A stretch of DNA of 62,956 nucleotides, the filler included, from Babesia bigemina (Eukaryota), in NCBI RefSeq assembly GCF_000981445.1. It is 8 parts of 8 records of this genome, joined end to end, with 100 filler letters (N's around TTAATTAATTAA, not from the genome) between each part and the next. Parts side by side here need not be neighbours in the genome. Positions count along the whole stretch, not along the records: positions 42,213 to 51,089 come from NW_012236968.1; positions 51,190 to 60,124 come from NW_012236969.1; 6 more parts are not named here. The stretch is one strand, 5' to 3'. Positions 42,213 through 53,389 of the stretch are shown one piece after another; the first letter of the stretch is position 1; every line of letters begins with the position of its first letter. The notes beneath the pieces were generated by a model, which searched no databases, had not been told where the DNA came from, and saw only the letters and a program-made list of their open reading frames with translations. The position numbers and the translations under genes are program-made.

Positions 42213-43544
42213 TAACCCACTCTACATCGCCGCTTATCCACTCTACATCGCCCCTTTGTACACTCCTCATCGCCCTTAACCCACCTTACATCGCTCCTTT
42301 ATCCACTCTACATCGCTCCTTTATCCACTCTACATCGCTCCCTAATCCACTCTACATCGCCCCTTAACCCACTCCACATCGCCCCTTTAACCACTCTACA
42401 TCGCTCCTTTAACCACTCTACATCGCTCCTTATCCACCTGACATCGCTCCTTTATCCACTCCACATCGCTCCCTAACCCACTCTACATCGCTCCTTTATC
42501 CACTCTACATCGTTCCCTAACCCACTCTACATCGCCCCTTAACCACTCTACATCGCTCCTTATCCACTCTACATCGCCCCTTTACCCACTCCACATCGCC
42601 CCTTAACCCACTCTTCATCGCTCCTTAACCCACTCTACATCGCTCCCTAACCCACTCTACATCGCCCCTTTATCCACTCTACATCGCCCCTTAACCCACT
42701 CTACATCGCTCCTTTATCCACTCTACATCGCTCCTTTATCCACACTACATCGCCCCTTTATCCACTCTACATCGCCCCTTTATCCAATCTACATCGCTCC
42801 CTAACCCACTCTACATCGCCCCTTTACCCACTCTACATCGCTCCTTAACCCACTCTACATCGCTCCCTAACCCACTCTACATCGCTCCCTAACCCACTCT
42901 ACATCGCTCCCTAACCCACTCTACATCGCTCCCTAACCCACTCCACATCGCTCCTTTATCCACCTTACATCGCCCCTTAACCCACTCCACATCGCTCCTC
43001 TGACCACTCTACATCGCCCCTTTACCCACTCCACATCGCCCCTTTATCCACTCTACATCGCCCCTTTATCCACTCTACATCGCCCCTTAACCCACTCTAC
43101 ATCGCTCCCTTATCCACGCTACATCGCTCCTTTATCGACTATACATCGCCCTTTACCCACTCTACATCGCTCCTTTATCGACTATACATCGCCCTTTACC
43201 CACTCTACATCGCTCCTTAACCCACTCCACATCGCTCCCTAACCCACTCTACATCGCCCCTTTATCCACTCCACATCGCCCCTTTATCCACTCCACATCG
43301 CCCCTTTATCCACTCTACATCGCCATTTAACCCACTCTACATCGCTCCTTAACCCACTCTACATCGCTCCCTAACCCACTCTACATCGCCCCTTTATCCA
43401 CTCCACATCGCCCCTTTATCCACTCCACATCGCTCCTTAACCCACTCCACATCGCCCCTTTAACCACTCTACATCGCTCCCTAACCCACTCTACATCGCC
43501 CCTTAACCCACTCTACATCGCCCCTTTACCCACTCTACATCGCC
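42213..43544 (+). repeat. 22-bp array A upstream of gene 6, fused directly to coding sequence
   Basis: ...CTACATCGCC is immediately followed by AATTAAGTCCCTTAATGCC. Confidence 0.97.
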
Positions 43545-43548
43545 AATT

Positions 43549-46500
43549 AAGTCCCTTAATGCCGAAAAATCTAAGCTTTCTTGCCCCTTCAAATACTCTG
43601 ATAAGGAGACTAATTGTCAGTACTACGAGAAGCAGATTGATGACACTACTAAGAAGCTTAAAGACGCTGGAAAATCCGAAAAAGAAATCAAGGAGAATTA
43701 CAATATTAAGTTTAATACAAAATGTATAAATGACTGTATAAATGCTCACAAAAAACATCCTCCATCTGCTGCCTTGAAGTCTGTTGAAGAGAAGATTGTC
43801 CAGCTTGGTACCCTTGCTGGACAGCTTGGAGGATTTGTTGGTGAGAGTGAGAGTGTTAAGAAAGCCGTTAAGAATGCTATTAAAGCTTGTTTCGACACTA
43901 ATAAAGACCTTAAAAATGACCTAAATGATGTTTACTCTCCTTATGTTACTAGCCTTTCTGTGTCTGACAAGCCTGCTGGCCAGGCTGATGACACCCAGAA
44001 AATTAGTGAGCTTAGTAAGCGAGTTACTCAGCAAATTATGCTTCTTGAAGAACAACTTAAACAGCATAATAACCTTAATAATCTTCTCTCTTCCCCCTCT
44101 CCCTCTGCTGACTCAGCCAAATTGTCCTCCAAGTTGGAGGCTTTGAGGAAAGTGAAGGAGCTTTGTGATTTTTTCACTAATTCTGAAAAGCATCCAAATG
44201 ATCCTAAAAACCTCTTAGATAACCTCTGCACTGGCCTCGAAACCTTCCTCGGCTTCAACCCTTCTTCCAAAGGCTACGACGGCTCTGGTATTGTGTACTC
44301 TGACTTGGACAGGCTGTGTGACGCGGTGATGGGATTTTTGAGTGGTGTGCTTGGTGCGGTGAAAAACACTCAGACATACAATGTCGGTAAAAATACATTA
44401 AATTCGGTAAGTAATGAAATTAAGCAATATCTTTGCTCAGGGCACGAGGGTTTTAAAACGCTTTTCACCAAGTTGCCTGATCGCATCGCGGAGTATAACA
44501 GGGAAGTGCAGCGGTCTAACAATAGAGTTAGAAGCATTGTAACTACAATGCAGAGCAATATGAAGAACCTGGAAACGGAGGTGAGTGCAATAACTATAGT
44601 TAATGCTGTTGCAGGAAAATCAATACAAATTGGGCAAGCGGAATGGTTAGTCAAGCAGAAGTTGGCGGACTGTTGGAAATATGTTGAGACTTTTACCAGT
44701 AGTTTAGATATTAACACAAATTCCATTGATGATAGAAACGCGATTAATGACCTTAATAGTAGCTTACGTGAAAAAATCGAAAATGTACGTGTGACGATAG
44801 AGCATGAGAATAAGCGTCTCACTGAGCTGTCTAAAAAGGAAAGGGAGGAGTTAACGGCGACGAAAGATTTCCTTAATGAAGAGGTCGAGAAACTTAAGAA
44901 GCGTTTACATACGACAATTGATAAGCATATGAATGAACTGGTCGAGCATTTGAAGAAATTAGTGAGAGATATTCTCGTTCTGCTGGAGAGCCTTGGCAAA
45001 AAGTTTCGGGACTATGTAGAAGCACTACGGCAATGGATTGAAAAAACAGAGAGAGTCATGAATGACGCTGAGAAGCAGATTGATATAGTGTTGGGACACG
45101 CGAATGGAACTGAGAGCATATATGCGCAGCTAGTCAAATCAACAGCTGAGCAAATTGAGAAGGAAGCCGGATTGCTACACTTGGAGTTTGAGAATTTGAA
45201 AGACAAGTATATTGACGTATATGAGAAAGTGCATGGAGCAGAAGGAGCGGCGAAAAAACTCGCAACGTTTCATGAGACCGTTAAGCAGAGCGTTCAGAAC
45301 AAAAAGTGGAGTGATTTTCAAAAAGGTGCAAATAGTGGGTGGGATTTACAAGAAATAGATAAGTATAAGCAGAATCTTGAAGAGGCAATTGAGGGATGTG
45401 TTAAAATAGAATTGCCAAATAAAATCCGTGATGCGCTTTTTAATTTGACCAATCCAATTACCACGCAGAGTGGCAAACCGTGTTCACTCGCTGACATAGT
45501 TAAGCAAATAGGGACGTATGCTTCAGGGTTTGAAAACAGATTTAGAATCGCCATTGAGAACATGGTTGGAGAAATTGTTGAGAGTGAAGGTATTAAGAAG
45601 TGGGTCGCATTGTATGTTAAATCAAATGTGGCTAGAGGGCAGTTGAGAGCAAATGGGCCTCACTCTGATGCGCAAAATCTGAATACTGCCATAGCGATTG
45701 TGAAAGATAAAATAACGAGTGAGATGAAGAGTGTTGTTCAGCGTGTGGTAGTAAGCGAACAAGATGTTAAAAGTAATATGGAAGCTGTACAACAGTGCCT
45801 TGTCACTTTGGCTACCACTGACGTGGCAGCTATGGGTCCAAGAATCATACAGCAAATAGATCAGGAAGTTAAACAGAAAATCAGGATAGATCCGTCTCAC
45901 ACCAAAACCTATCTTACATGGGCTGTCTCAACGGTCTTAGACCTACTTACAAAAGCTACCAATAAAGCAGCTACGGAACTTGGTCAGTTTACACGGACGT
46001 CGCAAATTGAGAAGTTGAGTGATAGTATAAGCGGTATTCACGGACTGGCCCAGAATCTTTCTATGCAGATTGCCCCGGGAAACGGTACGCTCGGCAGTCT
46101 TGGTCACCATATTTATAATTTGTTAAAAGAGAAAGTCAACGACAATTCAATAAAAAACTTTTTACGCGATCTTATCAAAGAGGCTGTAAGAAAAGGTGTG
46201 GATAAATTACAACATGAAATCCAGACGAACGTTATTACCGGAATTCTTAGTAAGATCGACAACAATCTCGAATCGCTTGAAAAACAAGCGCAAGCGGCAA
46301 GAGCAGGCATTGAAAGCCAAGCCAACATCGTAATCCGAAACCTCAATGAGCTCTGCGGCGCCATTAAACAAGCTGCTGAATACAGCAAGCAGAATTTGAA
46401 GAAATTAAAAGACGAACGCTTCAAACAATACACTAATGGAGCTGGGAATGCAAACGACAGCATCAAAAAAATCTTCACTGAACTTGGCGATCTGCACAGC

Positions 46501-49482
46501 GAACTTGTAGCTAAGCCCATACACAAGGTCAAGGAATTCCTCCAAAAAGGAGCCAAACAAGCCGAAGATTACTACGCTAGATATTTAAAACGAGAGTCGG
46601 ATAAAGAAGTCGAAAAATTCAAAAACCTTATATACCTTCACGCCCAGATGCAGTACGGTGCCGCAGTGAAGAGCTTTTTGCAGGCGTTTCATAAAAAGGC
46701 AACGGAACAGCTACAACCTTTGCCGGACGAAATCGATAGGGACAGGTACAGAGGTTATAAAGGTTTCATGAGATACTTCCAGGAGGGAATTGTGAATAAT
46801 CTTAAGAGTTACGAAAAAGTCGAAGTGCTGTCATCTAACTTCCTTAGCTGCTTCAGCACCGTCACCACCTACGTCAACGACGAAATTCAAAGAGAACATA
46901 AGGAGAATAACAAAAAGAAAAATCCTGCACCTTCGGGCTCTGAAACCGTAAATACTGATAAACTCAAAATGTTATTCGATTCACTGAGCGATCTTCTCAA
47001 TCACATTACCGAGAGGAAGCGGTACGATTACAAGGTGCCACAAAAACTCGACGCACTTGAATCAGCGACATTAAAGCTGAAACCAGACGGCTATGATAAT
47101 CCGAATACTGCAGTTTTAGATAGCATTGGTTCCGGACTTTTGCCGTTCATTAGAGAACTGAAAAAGGTCTACATATCGGCCTATGATAGTGAGAAGTTTA
47201 CCGGCGATCTTCTTGACGCTAGGCACGAAATCAGTCCCGATAGAGATGACTGGATTGTTAATCTAACTAGCTACGGTAAGCAGTGCTCGAAGGTTTTCCT
47301 AAGCGCACTAGAGATTCTGAACTACGATTTACATCACTTGAAACAAGAATGTAACAGTACAGATGGCGCGTGTAGAGACACTCTTATTTACGAAGGGGTT
47401 GGAGATGAAATCAACGAACTCGGTCGCCTCTTGAAGAATTGCGGTTTTACCATTCCTAGTAACGACGGTCGGAAGCAAGATGGCGAATTGAGATGGTCTT
47501 CAAAAATGATCGGTGAAGATATATTTAAGAAGCTCATAACAGTAGTTCCCTCCGCAAAAGCAAATTCGCATCTTAATTCTTGTATATCCGAAAAACCGAA
47601 CAATAATGTCCTAGTTGTTATTCAATGTCTAATGACTCACCTCAAAGAGTATTACGCTGTCTGCCACTACGGTACTACCTTCTCCAAAAAACATCCATCA
47701 TCCGTTTATGATATGCTACTTTGGCTTAGCGGTCTTCCTCATAGTTCGGTGTATCACGACCTTTCGTTCAACGGTTTTGGCGGCTTATTTGCAAAGCCGG
47801 AGAAAGAGGAAGCCGATGCTGACGAAAGCGGTCCGATCCTTAAATTGGAAGACGATGAGAAGTTGGCGGCGTACCCGGATTCCATCACCGCTGTCCAATT
47901 GCGAGATACTCTGGCAGATGTCTGCGCACAATCGCACTCCGTTCTCACTGCCGTGCTAGGTCACGGCCACGCCGGCGGTATTTACGCTGTTGATTTCAAC
48001 ACCAATACGGCAGGCCTCGTATATCCCGGTGACGCCGGTAAATGTTTAGATTTACTGGTGGACTCATTGCATAAATTGCATCATCAAATGTGCTTCCTCT
48101 ATGTACAGTGCGCACGTTCATACAAGTCCACTAGTTGGCGTGATTGCTACTACGGCAGGGACGTCGGCGGATCAAGTTGGATGTGCAACACAAAGCAATG
48201 TCCTAACCAAACATGTGACCAAAAGCGTAACCAAATGGCTACCCAAAACACTAAGCAAACGTGTGAACAACATCCTAGTTGCGGACTCAAATCGCCACTT
48301 CAGTCATTTTTGGAAGATGGTCTTCCAGGTTTTATGCCGCATTCATTCGACAAGGTTGGCTGTGGAACGAAGTGTTCTGTTAGTAACCACAGAGGAATGC
48401 CGTGCAAGACCCCTATGGGTTTTGGCGATATCAGCGTTAAGGCCTCTCATACGCAGAAAGGTGAACATCTCGGAGATGTATTGAGAGATTTCTGCGTTAA
48501 TAAATCCTCTCCCCTCAGCAGGCTCTGTTCTTACTTCATATGCATAATGCAGCGTACTCCGCAGACGCTTGACGATATGTTCTCGTTCTACTACAACTTC
48601 TTAAATGGATGGGAGGGTAGAAACTACAAACGTAGAGAGCACAGAGAGAACGCCTATGCAAGCGCAGTTAAAGCAGCTAGATTTGGGGATGAGCAAGCGG
48701 AGTTAATCGTGACGTCAATATTCAAAAGCAGTAATCACTCGAAAGGTAATCATCTCAAAGGTGATTTGTTCAGTCTGACAAACTGCGATGATGAGTCACA
48801 TACAACAACCACCTGCGGTCGTTATATGCAGCCTATTGGCCAGAACACATGGGTGGTGTTCTCCGAGAAGAACGCCGACAAATATCTTTCGTGGATAGTG
48901 TATATCACCGAGACGTTCTATCAGCTACTCAAAGCATTGTACGATGAATGTTGCAAAAACTGTACGTCGCCCGGTTCCAAATGCAACGGTAAGGTATGTC
49001 CCAAAACATGTCCTACATTGCAGAAAGGTAAACAACCTGTCACTCATAAAGACGAATGTAAATCCATAGCCGATTGCCCGTTCACTCGTCCCACATTGGC
49101 GAGGTATGGATTCGTATTTCAGAGTGCGTACAACCTAAGCGGTGCGAACGACGTACAAGGAAAGCGCACATGTGCAGATTTATGCAACGCACTGAAACGT
49201 GTAGTCAGTGACGTGAAAGACGAGAATGATGTGCTTGCCAAGTTAGTCTATGAAACAATTCCAGAATTCATATGGAAAATCCGTGAACCCTTCTCCTACC
49301 TTGTCCTAGCCCTCTGGCTCCTCTCTCTGTTGTACCTCCTCCACATCATGGTCATCCGCCTAGACCTGCTCCACATCAAATCGCATCTACATAGTCCATC
49401 ATCGCATCGTATCGCTGCTCAATCACTACTTGCTGCTGGACGTGTTAACAAACTGGGCAGGGTGTTTTATCTGCAACCTTAG
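43549..49482 (+). CDS. ves1: VESA1-like antigen, gene 6 (about 1975 codons of homology, tail type A), 5'-truncated by array A
   Basis: The frame of ORF 43774..49482 is open upstream as KSLNAEKSKLSCPFKYSDKETNCQYYEKQI...HPPSAAL, matching gene 2 from about residue 49; no start ATG. Confidence 0.75.
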   Translation, partial: KSLNAEKSKLSCPFKYSDKETNCQYYEKQIDDTTKKLKDAGKSEKEIKENYNIKFNTKCINDCINAHKKHPPSAALKSVEEKIVQLGTLAGQLGGFVGESESVKKAVKNAIKACFDTNKDLKNDLNDVYSPYVTSLSVSDKPAGQADDTQKISELSKRVTQQIMLLEEQLKQHNNLNNLLSSPSPSADSAKLSSKLEALRKVKELCDFFTNSEKHPNDPKNLLDNLCTGLETFLGFNPSSKGYDGSGIVYSDLDRLCDAVMGFLSGVLGAVKNTQTYNVGKNTLNSVSNEIKQYLCSGHEGFKTLFTKLPDRIAEYNREVQRSNNRVRSIVTTMQSNMKNLETEVSAITIVNAVAGKSIQIGQAEWLVKQKLADCWKYVETFTSSLDINTNSIDDRNAINDLNSSLREKIENVRVTIEHENKRLTELSKKEREELTATKDFLNEEVEKLKKRLHTTIDKHMNELVEHLKKLVRDILVLLESLGKKFRDYVEALRQWIEKTERVMNDAEKQIDIVLGHANGTESIYAQLVKSTAEQIEKEAGLLHLEFENLKDKYIDVYEKVHGAEGAAKKLATFHETVKQSVQNKKWSDFQKGANSGWDLQEIDKYKQNLEEAIEGCVKIELPNKIRDALFNLTNPITTQSGKPCSLADIVKQIGTYASGFENRFRIAIENMVGEIVESEGIKKWVALYVKSNVARGQLRANGPHSDAQNLNTAIAIVKDKITSEMKSVVQRVVVSEQDVKSNMEAVQQCLVTLATTDVAAMGPRIIQQIDQEVKQKIRIDPSHTKTYLTWAVSTVLDLLTKATNKAATELGQFTRTSQIEKLSDSISGIHGLAQNLSMQIAPGNGTLGSLGHHIYNLLKEKVNDNSIKNFLRDLIKEAVRKGVDKLQHEIQTNVITGILSKIDNNLESLEKQAQAARAGIESQANIVIRNLNELCGAIKQAAEYSKQNLKKLKDERFKQYTNGAGNANDSIKKIFTELGDLHSELVAKPIHKVKEFLQKGAKQAEDYYARYLKRESDKEVEKFKNLIYLHAQMQYGAAVKSFLQAFHKKATEQLQPLPDEIDRDRYRGYKGFMRYFQEGIVNNLKSYEKVEVLSSNFLSCFSTVTTYVNDEIQREHKENNKKKNPAPSGSETVNTDKLKMLFDSLSDLLNHITERKRYDYKVPQKLDALESATLKLKPDGYDNPNTAVLDSIGSGLLPFIRELKKVYISAYDSEKFTGDLLDARHEISPDRDDWIVNLTSYGKQCSKVFLSALEILNYDLHHLKQECNSTDGACRDTLIYEGVGDEINELGRLLKNCGFTIPSNDGRKQDGELRWSSKMIGEDIFKKLITVVPSAKANSHLNSCISEKPNNNVLVVIQCLMTHLKEYYAVCHYGTTFSKKHPSSVYDMLLWLSGLPHSSVYHDLSFNGFGGLFAKPEKEEADADESGPILKLEDDEKLAAYPDSITAVQLRDTLADVCAQSHSVLTAVLGHGHAGGIYAVDFNTNTAGLVYPGDAGKCLDLLVDSLHKLHHQMCFLYVQCARSYKSTSWRDCYYGRDVGGSSWMCNTKQCPNQTCDQKRNQMATQNTKQTCEQHPSCGLKSPLQSFLEDGLPGFMPHSFDKVGCGTKCSVSNHRGMPCKTPMGFGDISVKASHTQKGEHLGDVLRDFCVNKSSPLSRLCSYFICIMQRTPQTLDDMFSFYYNFLNGWEGRNYKRREHRENAYASAVKAARFGDEQAELIVTSIFKSSNHSKGNHLKGDLFSLTNCDDESHTTTTCGRYMQPIGQNTWVVFSEKNADKYLSWIVYITETFYQLLKALYDECCKNCTSPGSKCNGKVCPKTCPTLQKGKQPVTHKDECKSIADCPFTRPTLARYGFVFQSAYNLSGANDVQGKRTCADLCNALKRVVSDVKDENDVLAKLVYETIPEFIWKIREPFSYLVLALWLLSLLYLLHIMVIRLDLLHIKSHLHSPSSHRIAAQSLLAAGRVNKLGRVFYLQP

Positions 49483-49604
49483 TCGTACTCACGTGTTTAC
49501 TGTCTACACTCACCTAGCATCACCTACTCACCTAACATATGAATTGTGTTTTAATCTGCTGTATCACTCATTAATCGTTGTATGTGATTGTGTAATTGCT
49601 AACT

Positions 49605-49764
49605 AAAGTGTTGACCAATGCCACGACCAACGTGGTGACCAAGGTGCTGACCAATGCCACGACCAACGTGCTGACCAACGTGCTGACCAAAGTGCTGACC
49701 AATGCCACGACCAACGTGGTGACCAAAGTGGTGACCAAGGTGCTGACCAAGCACCTGACCAAGT
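49605..49764 (+). repeat. 12-bp array C
   Basis: GACCAA every 12 nt. Confidence 0.95.
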
Positions 49765-49768
49765 TAAG

Positions 49769-49985
49769 GTTACGGCAGCGATGTCTTGGTCACGGCAGCG
49801 ATGTCTTGGTCACGGCAGCGATGACATGGTCACGGCAGCGATGACATGGTCACGGCAGCGATGACATGGTTACGGCAGCGATGACATGGTCTCGGCAGCG
49901 GTGACATGGTCACGGCAGCGATGACATGGTTACGGCAGCGGTGACATGGTCACGGCAGCGATGACATGGTCACGGCAGCGGAGAC
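49769..49985 (+). repeat. 20-bp array B
   Basis: GGTCACGGCAGCGATGACAT units. Confidence 0.95.
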
Positions 49986-50010
49986 AGTGGTGACCTAAGT
50001 GGTGATTTAC

Positions 50011-51089
50011 TATCCACTCTACATCGCTCCTTAACCCACTCTGCATCGCCCCTTATCCACCTTACATCGCCCTTAACCCACTCTACATCGCCCCTTTGTC
50101 CACTCCACATCGCCCCTTAACCCACTCCACATCGCTCCTTAACCCACTCTACATCGCCCCTTAACCACTCCACATCGCTCCCTAACCAACTCTACATCGC
50201 CCCTTTAACCACTCTACATCGCCCCTTACTCCACTCTACATCGCTCCCTAACCCACTCCACATCGCCCCTTTACCCACTCTACATCGCTCCCTAATCCAC
50301 TCCACATCGCCCCTTTACCCACTCTACATCGCCCCTTTACCCACTCCACATCGCTCCCTAACCCACTCTTCATCGCTCCCTTACCCACTCCACATCGCTC
50401 CTTTATCCACTCTACATCGCCCCTTAACCCACTCCACATCGCTCCTTTATCCACTCCACATCGCTGCCTTATCCACTCTACATCGCTCCCTAATCCACTC
50501 TACATCGCCCCTTTATCCACTCTACATCGCCCCTTACTCCACTCTACATCGCCCCTTATCCACCTTACATCGCCCTTAACCCACTCTACATCGCCCCTTT
50601 ATCCACTCTACATCGCCCCTTTATCCACTCTACATCGCCCCTTAACCTCCTCTAATCGCTCCTTAACCCACTCTACATCGCCCCTTTATCCACTCTACAT
50701 CGCCCCTTTATCCACTCTACATCGCCCCTTAACCTCCTCTAATCGCTCCCTTATCCACCCTTCATCGCCCCTTTATCCACTCTACATCGCTCCTTATCCA
50801 CTCTACATCGCCCCTTATCCACTCTACATCGCTCCCTAATCCACTCTACATCGCCCCTTTATGGGCTCTACATCGCCCCTTTATCCACTCTACATCGCCC
50901 CTTTATCCACTCTACATCGCCCCTTTACCCACTCTACATCGCCCCTTTACCCACTCTCCATCGCTCCCTAACCCACTCTACATCGCTCCCTAACCCACTC
51001 TACATCGCTCCTTTAACCACTCTACATCGCCCCTTTATCCACTCCACATCGCCCCTTAACCCACTCTACATCGCCCCTTTATCCACTCT
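50011..51089 (+). repeat. 22-bp array A downstream of gene 6
   Basis: Period-22 units. Confidence 0.97.
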
Positions 51090-51189
51090 NNNNNNNNNNN
51101 NNNNNNNNNNNNNNNNNNNNNNNNNNNNNNNNNTTAATTAATTAANNNNNNNNNNNNNNNNNNNNNNNNNNNNNNNNNNNNNNNNNNNN

Positions 51190-53363
51190 ACATCGCCCCT
51201 TACCTCCTCTACATCGCTCCCTAACCCACTCCACATCGCCCCTTTATCCACTCTACATCGCCCCTTTATCCACTCTACATCGCCCCTTTACCCACTCTAC
51301 ATCGCCCTTTTATCCACTCCACATCGCCCCTTAACCCACTCTACATCGCTCCTTTATCCACTCCACATCGCCCCTTACCCACTCTACATCGCCCCTTAAC
51401 CCACTCTGCATCGCTCCCTAACCCACTCTACATCGCCCCTTAACCCACTCTACATCGCCCCTAACCCACTCTACATCGCCCCTTAACCCACTCTACATCG
51501 CCCCTTACCCACTCTACATCGCTCCCTAACCCACTCTACATCGCTCCCTAATCCACTCTACATCGCCCCTTTATCCACTCTACATCGCCCCTTTACCCAC
51601 TCTACATCGCCTATTTATCCACCCTTCATCGCTCCTTTATCCACTCTACATCGCTCCTTAACCCACTCTACATCGCTCCCTAACCCACTCTACATCGCTC
51701 CCTAACCCACTCTACATCGCCCCTTAACCCACTCTACATCGCTCCCTAACCTCCTCTAATCGCTCCTTAACCCACTCCACATCGCCCCTAACCCACTCTA
51801 CATCGCCCCTTTATCCACTCTACATCGCTTCTTAACCCACTCTACATCGCCCTTTAACCCACTCTACATCGCTCCTCAATCCACTCCACATCGCCCCTTT
51901 ATCCACTCTACATCGCCCCTTTACCCACTCTACATCGCTCTTCTACCCACTCTACATCGCCCCTTTATCCACTCTACATCGCCCCTTAACCCACTCTACA
52001 TCGCCCCTTAACCCACTCCACATCGCCCCTTAACCCACTCTACATCGCCCCTTTATCCACTCTACATCGCCCCTTAACCCACTCCACATCGGTCCTTATC
52101 CACTCTACATCGCCCCTTATCAACTCTACATCGCCCCTTTATCCACTCTACATCGCTCCCTAACCCACCCTACATCGCCCCTTTATCCACTCTACATCGC
52201 TCCCTAACCCACTCTCCATCGCTCCCTAACCCACTCCACATCGCCCCTTAATCCACTCTACATCGCTCCCTAACCAACTCTACATCGCCCCTTTACCCAC
52301 TCTACATCGCTCCCTTACCCACTCTACATCGCTCCCTTACCCACTCTACATCGCTCCCTAATCCACCCTACATCGCCCCTTTATCCACTCTTCGTCGCCC
52401 CTTAATCCACTCTACATCGCCCCTTTACCCACTCTACATCGCCCCTTTATCCACTCCACATCGCCCCTAACTCCACTCTACATCGCCCCTTAATCCACTC
52501 CACATCGCTCCCTAACCCACTCTTCATCGCCCCTTAACCCACTCTTCATCGCTCTCTGATCCACTCTACATCGCTCCTTTATCCACTCTACATCGCCCCT
52601 TAACCCACTCTACATCGCTCCCTAATCCACTCTACATCGCCCCTTAACCCACTCTACATCGCCCCTTCATCCACTCTACATCGCCCCTTTACCCACTTTA
52701 CATCGCCCCTTTATCCACTCTACATCGCTCCTTTACCCACCCTACATCGCCCCTTAACCCACCTTACATCGCTCCTTAACCCACTCTACATCGCCCCTTT
52801 ACCCACACTACATCGCTCCTTAATCCACTCTACATCGCTCCTTTAACCACTCTACATCGCTCCCTTATCCACTCTACATCGCTCCTTAACCCACTCTACA
52901 TCGCCCCTTTACCCACACTACATCGCCCCTTTACCCACACTACATCGCCCCTTAACCTACTCTACATCGCTCCCTTATCCACTCTACATCGCTCCCTAAC
53001 CCACTCTCCATCGCCCCTTTATCCACTCTACATCGCCCCTTACCTCCTCTACATCGCTCCCTAACCCACTCCACATCGCCCCTTTATCCACTCTACATCG
53101 CCCCTTTATCCACTCTACATCGCCCCTTTACCCACTCTACATCGCCCTTTTATCCACTCCACATCGCCCCTTAACCCACTCTACATCGCTCCTTTATCCA
53201 CTCCACATCGCCCCTTACCCACTCTACATCGCCCCTTAACCCACCCTTCATCGCCCCTTATCCACTCTACATCGCCCCTTTACCCACTCTACATCGCCCC
53301 TTAACCCACTCTACATCGCTCCCTAACCCACTCTACATCGCTTTTTTACCCACTCCACATCCC
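51190..53363 (+). repeat. 22-bp array A upstream of gene 7 (at least 2.1 kb)
   Basis: Period-22 units. Confidence 0.97.
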
Positions 53364-53389
53364 TTGAATTACCTCGCCATAATACCTCT

